Part shown: piece by piece, positions 18,585-27,666 of the stretch
Position numbering within the stretch: the first letter of the stretch is position 1
Layout: each line of letters starts with the position of its first letter
From: a virus
Lineage: Duplodnaviria; Caudoviricetes
Direction: 5' to 3' (one strand)
DNA: 46,351 nucleotides
Virus record (IMG/VR): IMGVR_UViG_3300032312_000634
Span: 1 to 46,351 of that record
Notes under the pieces: generated by a model
Seen by the model: only the letters and a program-made list of their open reading frames with translations
Told to the model about the DNA's origin: nothing
Databases searched by the model: none
Translations under genes and position numbers: made by a program

Positions 18585-20768
18585 TTAAATTCCTGTTCCT
18601 GATGGTAAAGCAAGAGCACGAATGTCGGTTAAGAATGGGCAAATTGTACCGTCAGCTGCCGACATAACGACTTTGATTGCAAATTGACTAAACTGTGTAT
18701 ATGTTTGGCCGCTTGTACTAGTATATGAGATATAATTATCTGGATCATTATTTGTACCAGGTGCCCATTCAAATTCAATTAAATTATCTTTTGAAGATGA
18801 GTATATATTAGACCCTTTGATTTGTGTCATTAATTGCCAGTTTTGGTCATCAAAAGGTTGGTCATCATTTCTATTTAGAATCTTATAGTAAACATAGGCC
18901 TCTGTACCAAATGGTTTGTAAGCAGTGTAGAACACTCTTAGGTCACCAGAGTCATTGTTTGGTGCCAAAACTACTTTCTTAGTGAAGTATTTAGCGAGTG
19001 AGTTACCACCACGTGATGATGTTTCACCATAAACAACTACATTTGCAGGTGTTGTGTTTGCACCATACACTGTGATCGTTGGTGATTTTATGTAACCGGA
19101 ACCACCATATGTAACATATACAGATGATACCACATTTGAAGTTCCATTATTTGCAACCGTTACACTAACAACTGCACTGTCTGTTCCAACGTCTGGTGCT
19201 GAGATAGTTGCATAAGTATTTGCAGCATCATTATAACCTGAACCTGTATTTGCAACAGAGATTACAGCATTTGATAAACTCATATTATTGATAATGTACT
19301 GTATGTTATACATCGTAGTACCATCATCCGAAATAATAGGACTTAAATTTGGATCACTAGATTGTAATGTTGCATACATTGAGAATGTAGCTGGAGAATT
19401 TTTTAACAATACACGCTGGCCTTTACCATCATCAAACTCAATATTATCTGGTGTTGGTGAACCGTATTTACCTGGAAAAGCTTGTATTGGTCCAATAGGT
19501 GTGTTTCCGTCAGCAAGTATTGCTTCATATGAATATTGTATTGATGTTCCTGATGGTGTAAAATCTGTTGTGGTAAGATTAATAGCATCAGACCATGTTG
19601 TTTCTACAAAATTATCTGTTAGGTTAGTAACGTTGTTCGCATCGATTGAATGTTGAATGTCATTAGTACCAAGTTTTCTACGTGGCAACCCTTTAGGTAT
19701 TGAGAATTGAACATATGGTGTAATAGATGTATCGAATACACATCTATCAATAATAAACATCATTGATTTTGTTTGGTCGGCAGTCCAAGTAATAGAGTTC
19801 TGCGATTCAAACAATGCACCAACATAAGGTGCACCACCAACTTTAGTAGGTGATGCTGGATCTGGATCTGTAGGTAAAGCTTTTGCAGTTGAAGGCACAG
19901 CAATCTTATTTTGTTGTGCATAATACAATACGTAATCAGGTGTAGTTGTTTCTACCAGAATCGCATACATAACTCCGCCTTGAATATAGACGGGTGACTC
20001 GAACATGAACTCTGTGTAAGTTGAAGAATCTAAAAAGTGGGGTTTTTTGGAAGTGTTAACATTTTCAGGTGATAACACCACAGTAGAGTGATCTAACTTT
20101 ACACCATTTGGATATCCATTTAGTGTACCAATAATAGAAACTTTAACTGGAATGCTTGTATCTGGTTTTGAAAAGAAAAATAATTTAACAGAAGAAATAA
20201 ACAAACCATTAGGATAATTATCTTTATCTAATATGAATGTTTGAGCTACTGGATCCCATGGCTGATATGTTGTTATCGTACTTATTAATTGTTTTTCTCT
20301 TTGTCTAACTTGTGTAAATGCAGTTGAAGCTGAGTCTATTGAAGGACCAAATTCTAATTTTTGTGATGTTGTAGAAAGACCTGATGCTGTAAATGTTCCT
20401 TCAGCATAGGCCGTTGCTGTCATAGGGTCTGCATCAACAGTTCTGTTGTCAACTCTAAATATTCTTTGTCCTGTTTGAAATGTTCCTCCAGGAACATTAA
20501 AAATGCCAACAAAATTACCTGCTTCATCTGTTGATAATTTAGGTAAACCTTCACCTGTTTTTACTGCTGTGGTAAGGTCTGTAATATCACCAACAAGATT
20601 GTATTGAGAGGTTACATCACCGACAGCCTCATTATAACCCAATGATACATTAATTGGTGTTTGTAATGTAACGATTTTCGTGGATGCATCATAAGCAATA
20701 ATATTTGCAGTTCTATTGTAATACTCAGTTATTATTCGTGTTGGTGATGTTGTATAAGTATATGGCAT
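18585..20768 (-). CDS. C-terminal half of a split VrlC/DUF4815-type baseplate structural protein
   Basis: 'L.TDEAG...G.F.VP...FQTGQR.FR', 'WDPVAQTFI...YPNGLFISSVKLFF.SKP', 'T.F.F.SPVY', 'G.LFESQN..TWTADQ' and 'F.QFAIKVVM......P...D.RALAL' are hallmark C-terminal motifs of this family. It has its own GGAAG RBS. Confidence 0.82.
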   Translation of the reverse strand: MPYTYTTSPTRIITEYYNRTANIIAYDASTKIVTLQTPINVSLGYNEAVGDVTSQYNLVGDITDLTTAVKTGEGLPKLSTDEAGNFVGIFNVPGGTFQTGQRIFRVDNRTVDADPMTATAYAEGTFTASGLSTTSQKLEFGPSIDSASTAFTQVRQREKQLISTITTYQPWDPVAQTFILDKDNYPNGLFISSVKLFFFSKPDTSIPVKVSIIGTLNGYPNGVKLDHSTVVLSPENVNTSKKPHFLDSSTYTEFMFESPVYIQGGVMYAILVETTTPDYVLYYAQQNKIAVPSTAKALPTDPDPASPTKVGGAPYVGALFESQNSITWTADQTKSMMFIIDRCVFDTSITPYVQFSIPKGLPRRKLGTNDIQHSIDANNVTNLTDNFVETTWSDAINLTTTDFTPSGTSIQYSYEAILADGNTPIGPIQAFPGKYGSPTPDNIEFDDGKGQRVLLKNSPATFSMYATLQSSDPNLSPIISDDGTTMYNIQYIINNMSLSNAVISVANTGSGYNDAANTYATISAPDVGTDSAVVSVTVANNGTSNVVSSVYVTYGGSGYIKSPTITVYGANTTPANVVVYGETSSRGGNSLAKYFTKKVVLAPNNDSGDLRVFYTAYKPFGTEAYVYYKILNRNDDQPFDDQNWQLMTQIKGSNIYSSSKDNLIEFEWAPGTNNDPDNYISYTSTSGQTYTQFSQFAIKVVMSAADGTICPFLTDIRALALPSGTGI

Positions 20769-20793
20769 TTGTTTCTTCCAGTAAGACTATTGT

Positions 20794-23700
20794 TTATTTA
20801 TTCTTAATAATATAAGCTATTTTACCTACAATATTGAAGGTTGTCATTAAGAACTTCTTAGTTATTGGACTTTTATCATCTCTGAATCCTTTACCAATTA
20901 AATATTTACCTATCCATATATTCATATCTCCACATAATTTATTTAATATGTAAGCACCATACGTTATATGTTTACCTGAAGATGTTATTTCTAACAATAT
21001 ATCAGAGATAGTTTGTTTAGTAAATACTCCTTTTTCATAGTTCAATCTCATTACACCACCATCACCAACAATAGATGTTGTTCCATAACCATTAACGATG
21101 TATGTACCATCACCATCAACCCACAAATTGTAAACCATATCACCTTTAGCTGGTGTTTTGACTGCATCATCCAATTGATTCATGTGTCCTAACCATGGAT
21201 ATAAATTCATCATTTCATCAGCAATAGGACAACTTAATTGTCCATCAATGTAAATTGGATGGTTAATTGTTGCGAATGGTTTTAGTTTTTTGTTTGGTGA
21301 ATATAGTTCCATAAATGTAGAATCTAATGTTTCTTCTACAAACATTACAACATTCAACATTTTCTTATTGTGGTTGAATACTACATCACCAACTTTAACG
21401 TCTTTGATTTTCTTTTCTGTTCCATCGGCCATTAATATCAAAGTGTCTTTGGTGAAACATCTTCCACGGCGTCCCGGAGCAGGTGGAGGTGGAACATAAG
21501 TTGCGGTTTCTACTGTATATGAATAACAATATTTTGATTGTATTGCAAGTTTGGCACCAACATAATAACCATCAACATCTGAAGCGTTAGCATCTAATGC
21601 AAGTCTTGTTACACCAGTGAACCATGCACCACCTTTTGGCATAACTATTTGTTGTGCAACATCATCATAACTTGATGCTGGTGGTGATGTAGATTGGTAA
21701 ACTATTTCACCCGCAGAATTTTTACCTACAACGGCAACTGCACCTGGACTACCAGCTGTTGTCGTTGCAAACACTCTGATAATGTGTGAACCAGCAGTTA
21801 AATACTTGGTATTAGATGTTGTTGTTTTTGCTGCATTTTGACCAGTGTGGGTAATAATAGTATTTCCCGCATCAATTCCACCAACTCTAAGTGTTCCTGT
21901 ACCACTAGCACTCATTACGAATGTATATGTGCCGGCCTCTTCAACAGATACAACAAAAGTTAAATCAAATGTTCCTGTTTTTTGCAAATCACCCCAAACA
22001 CCATATTGATTTAAGAAAGTTCCCCAATCATTTGCAGATTGTATTTTGTAGATATTTGATTCTGGACCACCACCAGCTGGGTTATATTTTCCACCAACAC
22101 CAGTAATTACACCTGATGTGTGTAATGGAGTTACAGAAGCTGATGCATTAATGAATCCGTATGCTGTATTAGATGCTGCTGCATTATACTGGCCTGCTGA
22201 GTCAAACACAGCATTTTGAATTATATTGGTTGTTGTTGATTTTTGAGCACCTAATAATGCAGAGATATACAATCGAGCACTTGTACTATTTGGATAGTTG
22301 TACATACCAACAACTCTACCAAGTTTATTGAATTGATTTCCTGCATAGAATCCTACAATATCATTTTCTTTGAATTTACCTCCAACATTTACAAGTTCAA
22401 TAGTGTTTGGTGAAGTCATATAATCATTTGCTTTTATACCATCAAACCAACATGACACTTCACTATTGATTAGTAGGCCTTTAGCTCTTACTATAATTTG
22501 TTGTGGTCTAATGTATGGTAATATAGCAATGTTTGTTAGATAACCATTGTTACTACCAACAGTAGATGATACTTGACTGTAACCAGCTTTAGTAACATTA
22601 CCTAATTGACTTGCGTATGTGTCGGTTGTTGTTGCAATAAATCCACGACCAGTAGTTACTGTTGATGTAGATTCTGAAGTTCCAGGAATTGTTGCAAAGT
22701 CTCCTGAATTCAGTAAATTAACACCATTTGTTTGTTGATAAACCTTTAATGATGGGTCTGTAACAAGAATAGCTGGTGCTTGGTTGTTATCTACCCAGTT
22801 ATCCATTGGAGGATTTAAACTAACAATACCTTGTGCTACAGCGACAGCAAATGGGTTTACACTTACCGTACTTGTTGCAATTGGTTGTACAACAACATTT
22901 GTTGTTGTGTATGGTAGAGTAAATATGTTTGTTTGAGTACCACCAATACTAGATACTGAGAAATAGTTTGTTTTACTTAATGTACCCAATGAATTTAATA
23001 CAACTGGATTTTGTAATGCAAAGTTTTCTACAATATTTAAAGGTCCAAGTCTTTTCCTTCTTGTATTCAAATTGGCTTGAAAGTCTGGATTAGCCGTATC
23101 AGCAGTTGAGTATGATGAGAAGTCATCAACTAAGATACCATTTTTAAATCTATTCAGACCATTAACATCTTGCACTTGTAATGCTTGTGCATTTGTTTCC
23201 AACAAACTCAATGCAGAATAATACTCTAAGTTATTAACACGAGTTTGTAGATCGGTGATATCTCTCTTAATCCAATTTTTGTGTAATACTTTTTCGATTG
23301 AGAGATTTGCATCATCTTGTCCTGGTGCTTCACCTGGAATATAAGCTGTATATGGATCCAATGTAAGGTTAGACAATACTAATGCACCATCAGGTTCGGC
23401 CGGAAAAAGAGGACTAGTAGAGGGAGTACCTTTTATGATTTTGAATTCTTTATCTTTTGTCAGAATCAGTTTATCTTTTCTGGCCAAGTAATAATTATAA
23501 TCACTCGTATATTCGGATAATGGTATTGGTATCAATATACCAGCATCTGAAGATAATGGATTGCCCGTGTACTCAAATTCCATTTCTGCTTGTGCAGATT
23601 TTCTAACAGGTCTGAAGTCTAGACAGTCCGACAATCTATAAACTGTACCACCTTTACTTGTATATGTTGGAATAGATTGATATTCTTCTGGTGAAATTGA

Positions 23701-26253
23701 TACGCCGCCAGATGAAGCAGGAAGATAAGAGTTTACACTGAAATAACCATCTCCACCAGTGTGTTCATAGTAATCAAACACAATCAATATATTACCATTT
23801 GGTATAGATGCACCAGCCACCAACTGAACGGCCGCATGGTCATACATCGTATCTCTTTGGCCATTGTCTAATACAAATAATGATGTGATGTCATATGATG
23901 GATCAATCATCATAGCACTAGTTACTGCTGTTCCAGGTGCTCTTGAATTAACTACTTTAACAATTTTCTTAACATCAGAAACATACAATGAATTAATTGA
24001 TTTAATTGCATTGTGTTTGATGTAAACTTGGCCTTTATTCAAATCAATATACGTACTGGAATTGATTGTGTTGCTTACACCAGTTGTACTTGCAAATGTA
24101 GTATTACCAAGAACAAGATTTTTTGTCTTTAATATAGTAGTTGAATCATCTGCATTGGAGATTACAACATCAGCAATAACATCAACAACAGTACCACTGG
24201 CATAAGTTGTTGAACTTAGTGTGGCAGCTTTCTTATCATTGGAAATTGTTATTGTATTTCCTGAGGTTGCAAAATCTAGAATCGCACCTGTTGATTGATT
24301 AATAACAATGAAGTTTTGTTTCACTACATCAGAGGACAATTGGCCTGTTCCTAAGAAAACTTGTGGTGTGCCTCCAGGTATAGTTATTTGTGAAGAAACA
24401 CCACCACCACTATTAGTTAATGTTCTTGATCTGAATACTTTTGTTGAGTTGTAATCACTATTTGAAATGTTCGCAACATAAGGATAACCAATTGGAAATA
24501 TAAGTTCTGGTACCTTAGGATTGGTTAATATTGTATCACCAGTTATTAAGCCATCAGTCTTGCCAGAATTGGAAATATTGGCCGATGCAATAATAGTGTT
24601 ACTACTATTTCTTATCACAAAAGAATCAATGTCTTTAACTTTAAAGGCAAAAGAGAAAGTCGATGTATTGGTAACAGGTACAGTAAATGGTGAATCTACG
24701 GTTGCTGTTTTTGTTGTTCCGTTATATGCTACGATTCTTCGTCTGTCTCCTACACTTGCACCACCGGTGATGGTAATTGTTGAACCATAATAGGCGTTAG
24801 ATACATTCGAGAATGTAGCATTAGTATCTGTAAATTGAATTGTTGTTGCTGTACCCGTTGCTGCGGTTCCATTTAGAGTTGTTGTGAATATATCAGTAAC
24901 ATAGGCCTTATAAGTATAAGTTGATGTGTCCGTATCTGAAGTGCTTGATTCATATTGTAAGTTTCTAATATATGCTGAACCAACTAAGGTAGAGGTATAT
25001 GTTCTAGCATTTCCTGATTGTATGTTGGCACTAGTTACACAATGCAGATCAATCTTAGGCATTGTAGTAATATCAATCTTACCTTTTACATTGTTTACGG
25101 TGAAATAACTACCATAATCAAAAAACACTGGATTGTTTGTAATCGAATCGGTTGTTCTAGCTCTATCATTCTCTAGTAATAGGTCTGATTGATTTTCGAT
25201 TCTGTAACCGTGTACATATGCAACACCTTTACCAATTCTAAGGTCAAATTTGGTGTCGTCTACATTTACTACTGGTGTAACTTTAAATTCATTGACAACA
25301 TAGTCACCATTGGATTCATAGTCACGTTTGGCAAAGTAATCATCAATAACAGAATAAACTGTGCCGTCTACTTGTTTAACTATAACACCGTTTTCAATTC
25401 TTAATAATTCAACAAATGAATCATCGTCACCAAGTTTTAATTGTTTAGAAACAAGTGTTAAAGTTATCTGATATCTGTCTGCACCTGGTGCTTGATAGTT
25501 GGATGCACCAACAGCCGGATCAAGCAAAGAAGTATCACCCAAATAGGTAACAATATTTTCAGAAATATCCAAACCAACACGAAACGATGGCGTATTGCCA
25601 TAAGGGTCTAAGATTGTGGTTTGTGGTAATACTGATACAAAGTTACCAACTGAATATTTGGAATAAGAACCATCTGGATTTGGTGTAGATGAGTTACTGT
25701 ATCCATTTACGATGTAGAACACACCTTCAGAAATCGATGCGGTTGAGGCCTTACCTGAACATGTAGTTCCGCCTGGAACACCAATAGTTAATGCAACTGT
25801 GCTTGATCCATCAACGCAGGACACGGTATTTGCATCAGTAAACTGAGCACCTGAATAGTAATTAATGATAATGGTAGGTGGTTCGTTCGTATCGATTAAT
25901 GAACCCTCTTTATATGCCACAACTTTTGCACGAACTGTGCCAGTTGAATCGGTAACTTCTTTGTTTAAGAAATCTGAAACGTTAATATCCACATTTTGAA
26001 ATTGTGGTTGTAATTTGACGTAGGAACACTCCAGATTAGTGGTAACTTTACCACCGGTAACTGGAGTGTTCTGAGAGAAAATGTGGTCGGCAAAGTTGGA
26101 GATTTGATTTTGTAGAATACTTTGTGACTGAGTTAATTCTCTAGCTTGAACGGCTGAACCTGGTTTGAATAGTATACGATGAAAATTTTTACTTGGATCA
26201 AAATCATCATAGTATGGATCAACATTAAAATTGATTGCTTCTTTAATAGCCAT
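20794..26253 (-). CDS. N-terminal half of a split VrlC/DUF4815-type baseplate protein with a PA14-like domain and a C-terminal Hint domain plus tail
   Basis: 'NFNVDPYYDDFDPSKNFHRILFKPG.AVQARELTQ.QSILQNQI', 'NYQAPGADRY', 'RVNNLEYYSALSLLE...RFKNGILVDDF'; Hint starts at Cys1599 'CFTKDTLILMADG..K.I.DV.VGD.V'. Confidence 0.88.
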   Translation of the reverse strand: MAIKEAINFNVDPYYDDFDPSKNFHRILFKPGSAVQARELTQSQSILQNQISNFADHIFSQNTPVTGGKVTTNLECSYVKLQPQFQNVDINVSDFLNKEVTDSTGTVRAKVVAYKEGSLIDTNEPPTIIINYYSGAQFTDANTVSCVDGSSTVALTIGVPGGTTCSGKASTASISEGVFYIVNGYSNSSTPNPDGSYSKYSVGNFVSVLPQTTILDPYGNTPSFRVGLDISENIVTYLGDTSLLDPAVGASNYQAPGADRYQITLTLVSKQLKLGDDDSFVELLRIENGVIVKQVDGTVYSVIDDYFAKRDYESNGDYVVNEFKVTPVVNVDDTKFDLRIGKGVAYVHGYRIENQSDLLLENDRARTTDSITNNPVFFDYGSYFTVNNVKGKIDITTMPKIDLHCVTSANIQSGNARTYTSTLVGSAYIRNLQYESSTSDTDTSTYTYKAYVTDIFTTTLNGTAATGTATTIQFTDTNATFSNVSNAYYGSTITITGGASVGDRRRIVAYNGTTKTATVDSPFTVPVTNTSTFSFAFKVKDIDSFVIRNSSNTIIASANISNSGKTDGLITGDTILTNPKVPELIFPIGYPYVANISNSDYNSTKVFRSRTLTNSGGGVSSQITIPGGTPQVFLGTGQLSSDVVKQNFIVINQSTGAILDFATSGNTITISNDKKAATLSSTTYASGTVVDVIADVVISNADDSTTILKTKNLVLGNTTFASTTGVSNTINSSTYIDLNKGQVYIKHNAIKSINSLYVSDVKKIVKVVNSRAPGTAVTSAMMIDPSYDITSLFVLDNGQRDTMYDHAAVQLVAGASIPNGNILIVFDYYEHTGGDGYFSVNSYLPASSGGVSISPEEYQSIPTYTSKGGTVYRLSDCLDFRPVRKSAQAEMEFEYTGNPLSSDAGILIPIPLSEYTSDYNYYLARKDKLILTKDKEFKIIKGTPSTSPLFPAEPDGALVLSNLTLDPYTAYIPGEAPGQDDANLSIEKVLHKNWIKRDITDLQTRVNNLEYYSALSLLETNAQALQVQDVNGLNRFKNGILVDDFSSYSTADTANPDFQANLNTRRKRLGPLNIVENFALQNPVVLNSLGTLSKTNYFSVSSIGGTQTNIFTLPYTTTNVVVQPIATSTVSVNPFAVAVAQGIVSLNPPMDNWVDNNQAPAILVTDPSLKVYQQTNGVNLLNSGDFATIPGTSESTSTVTTGRGFIATTTDTYASQLGNVTKAGYSQVSSTVGSNNGYLTNIAILPYIRPQQIIVRAKGLLINSEVSCWFDGIKANDYMTSPNTIELVNVGGKFKENDIVGFYAGNQFNKLGRVVGMYNYPNSTSARLYISALLGAQKSTTTNIIQNAVFDSAGQYNAAASNTAYGFINASASVTPLHTSGVITGVGGKYNPAGGGPESNIYKIQSANDWGTFLNQYGVWGDLQKTGTFDLTFVVSVEEAGTYTFVMSASGTGTLRVGGIDAGNTIITHTGQNAAKTTTSNTKYLTAGSHIIRVFATTTAGSPGAVAVVGKNSAGEIVYQSTSPPASSYDDVAQQIVMPKGGAWFTGVTRLALDANASDVDGYYVGAKLAIQSKYCYSYTVETATYVPPPPAPGRRGRCFTKDTLILMADGTEKKIKDVKVGDVVFNHNKKMLNVVMFVEETLDSTFMELYSPNKKLKPFATINHPIYIDGQLSCPIADEMMNLYPWLGHMNQLDDAVKTPAKGDMVYNLWVDGDGTYIVNGYGTTSIVGDGGVMRLNYEKGVFTKQTISDILLEITSSGKHITYGAYILNKLCGDMNIWIGKYLIGKGFRDDKSPITKKFLMTTFNIVGKIAYIIKNK
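20795..20802 (-). promoter_or_regulatory. Putative late promoter (AATAAATA) overlapping the stop codon of the Hint-containing gene, driving the second half
   Basis: AATAAATA on the - strand, 26 nt upstream of the ATG at 20768, followed by a GGAAG RBS (20775-20779). Confidence 0.55.
21073..21459 (-). other. Hint (Hedgehog/intein) domain, splicing-incompetent
   Basis: Block A CFTKDTLILMADG; block B ATINHPIY (TxxH); block F VYNLWVDGDGTYIVNG; the terminal positions read T-S-I where inteins have H-N-[C/S/T]. Confidence 0.88.
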
Positions 26254-26262
26254 TTTTTTCCC

Positions 26263-27654
26263 TTAGTATCCTAATACAAACTTAAATTGTTCTATGCCGT
26301 CTGTGTTTCTTTGAACACCTGATCTATTCTCAACGAACATAATATATCCGGAGAATGTTACATATTCAGGTGGATTAACATTGTTAATTGTTCTGACAGT
26401 TTTAGATGTGTCACCAAAAATTGGTTCATTTGGAATAGCTTGTCCCGTCATATTTATAACTCGTACTACATTGTTTATTGAATCGAAATTCAAAACATTT
26501 GCTTTAAATGTGAAATCATCTACAGAATTTCCTTGATATACAAATTCATCTTCAAGATAATCACCAAATCCTAATGCAACTGATATTGATGTTGAACAAT
26601 CGTATACTGTACCATTTGCAATCGCTGAGTTTTCTGGTTCTCCAACTTTAACTGTAGGATCAACTACAATACCCACTTGGTGAAAGTCAATGTCTGTTGA
26701 TATCTTACCACCTTCTGTTCCATTAAATTGTGCGATTAACATTACATGTTCACAACCCAACTCGGCTAATAGATCACTGCCATGGCCACCAATTGGAGAT
26801 ACACCAGCATAAACATTCGCACCTGAACCTAAATCTGAAGTTATAGAAATGTTTGCATATGTATAACCTGTGCCTTTATTGATAACTTTAACATCTATAA
26901 TTTCTCCATCTGAATCAGAAGCTGTTGCCGATGCACCAGTACCATCGCCAGTAATCGTTACAAATATTGCGGCATTTGATGAATCATATCCCGATCCGCC
27001 ATTTAATACATTAATAACTTCAATATTGCCTGCACCAGCTGGACTACCTAGTGTGGTTTCTGTTGTTGTAAAACTATCAGGTGCTCTATTCTTAATCTGT
27101 ACTGGAATCCAAACACTGTCCATAAAATTAACTTTTAGGCCAGTATCTATGGTGTACATATACTTCCATTTGTAACCGTCAACATCAATGAATATACCAT
27201 CATCACTGAAAGTTCCTGGTTCAAAATATGGCTCTACGGTAGAAGGTGCTCCATTGCCATTCCATAGACACTTGAATACTTGGTCGTACTTGTTCTTCAC
27301 ATAGAACTTATACACTAAAAGACCACTAGAAGATTTTTGATAGATGTCTAAATCTTCTTGATAATATGTGTAAACGGTACCAGAAGTCCAATCTACTCTC
27401 TGTATTACTGGACTAATATTGTTAACACTAATCTTTTTAACCGCAAAGATGTTCTTGCGGATTTGTTTCATAGAGTAAGGACTGAAACTTGGAATAGGAG
27501 GATACTGATCGTTTGGCCAAACATCAACCTTAGATAGGAAACAATAATAGTTTGTAACCGGTATTGTTGAGTTAGGTATAGTTGCAACAGAAGAATAGTA
27601 ACCTTGAGTTACTGCTGATATCTTTGCGCCATGTGTTAATATATTTTGGTTCAT
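26263..27654 (-). CDS. gp8: Baseplate wedge subunit gp8-like
   Basis: 'KKI....ISPVI.R.DWTSGTVY..Y', 'FYV.N...QVFKCL.N.NGAPSTVEP' and 'DGYKWKYMYTI'; ends 'SG.I.FVENRS.V.R..D.IEQFK.VL.Y'. Confidence 0.88.
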   Translation of the reverse strand: MNQNILTHGAKISAVTQGYYSSVATIPNSTIPVTNYYCFLSKVDVWPNDQYPPIPSFSPYSMKQIRKNIFAVKKISVNNISPVIQRVDWTSGTVYTYYQEDLDIYQKSSSGLLVYKFYVKNKYDQVFKCLWNGNGAPSTVEPYFEPGTFSDDGIFIDVDGYKWKYMYTIDTGLKVNFMDSVWIPVQIKNRAPDSFTTTETTLGSPAGAGNIEVINVLNGGSGYDSSNAAIFVTITGDGTGASATASDSDGEIIDVKVINKGTGYTYANISITSDLGSGANVYAGVSPIGGHGSDLLAELGCEHVMLIAQFNGTEGGKISTDIDFHQVGIVVDPTVKVGEPENSAIANGTVYDCSTSISVALGFGDYLEDEFVYQGNSVDDFTFKANVLNFDSINNVVRVINMTGQAIPNEPIFGDTSKTVRTINNVNPPEYVTFSGYIMFVENRSGVQRNTDGIEQFKFVLGY

Positions 27655-27658
27655 GATT

Positions 27659-27666
27659 TATTTATT
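27659..27666 (-). promoter_or_regulatory. Putative late promoter (AATAAATA) 4 nt upstream of the gp8 ATG
   Basis: AATAAATA-AATC-ATG on the - strand; no SD sequence in the spacer. Confidence 0.6.

Noticed and set aside
20769-20793. Sequencing frameshift or pseudogene explaining the DUF4815 split
   Set aside because: About 220 aa of Hint plus tail separate the halves, and the second ORF has its own promoter-like box, RBS and ATG.
21073-21459. Canonical cis-splicing intein or homing element
   Set aside because: No penultimate His, terminal Asn or +1 Cys/Ser/Thr at the aligned positions, no endonuclease domain, and the downstream 92 aa do not continue the host protein.
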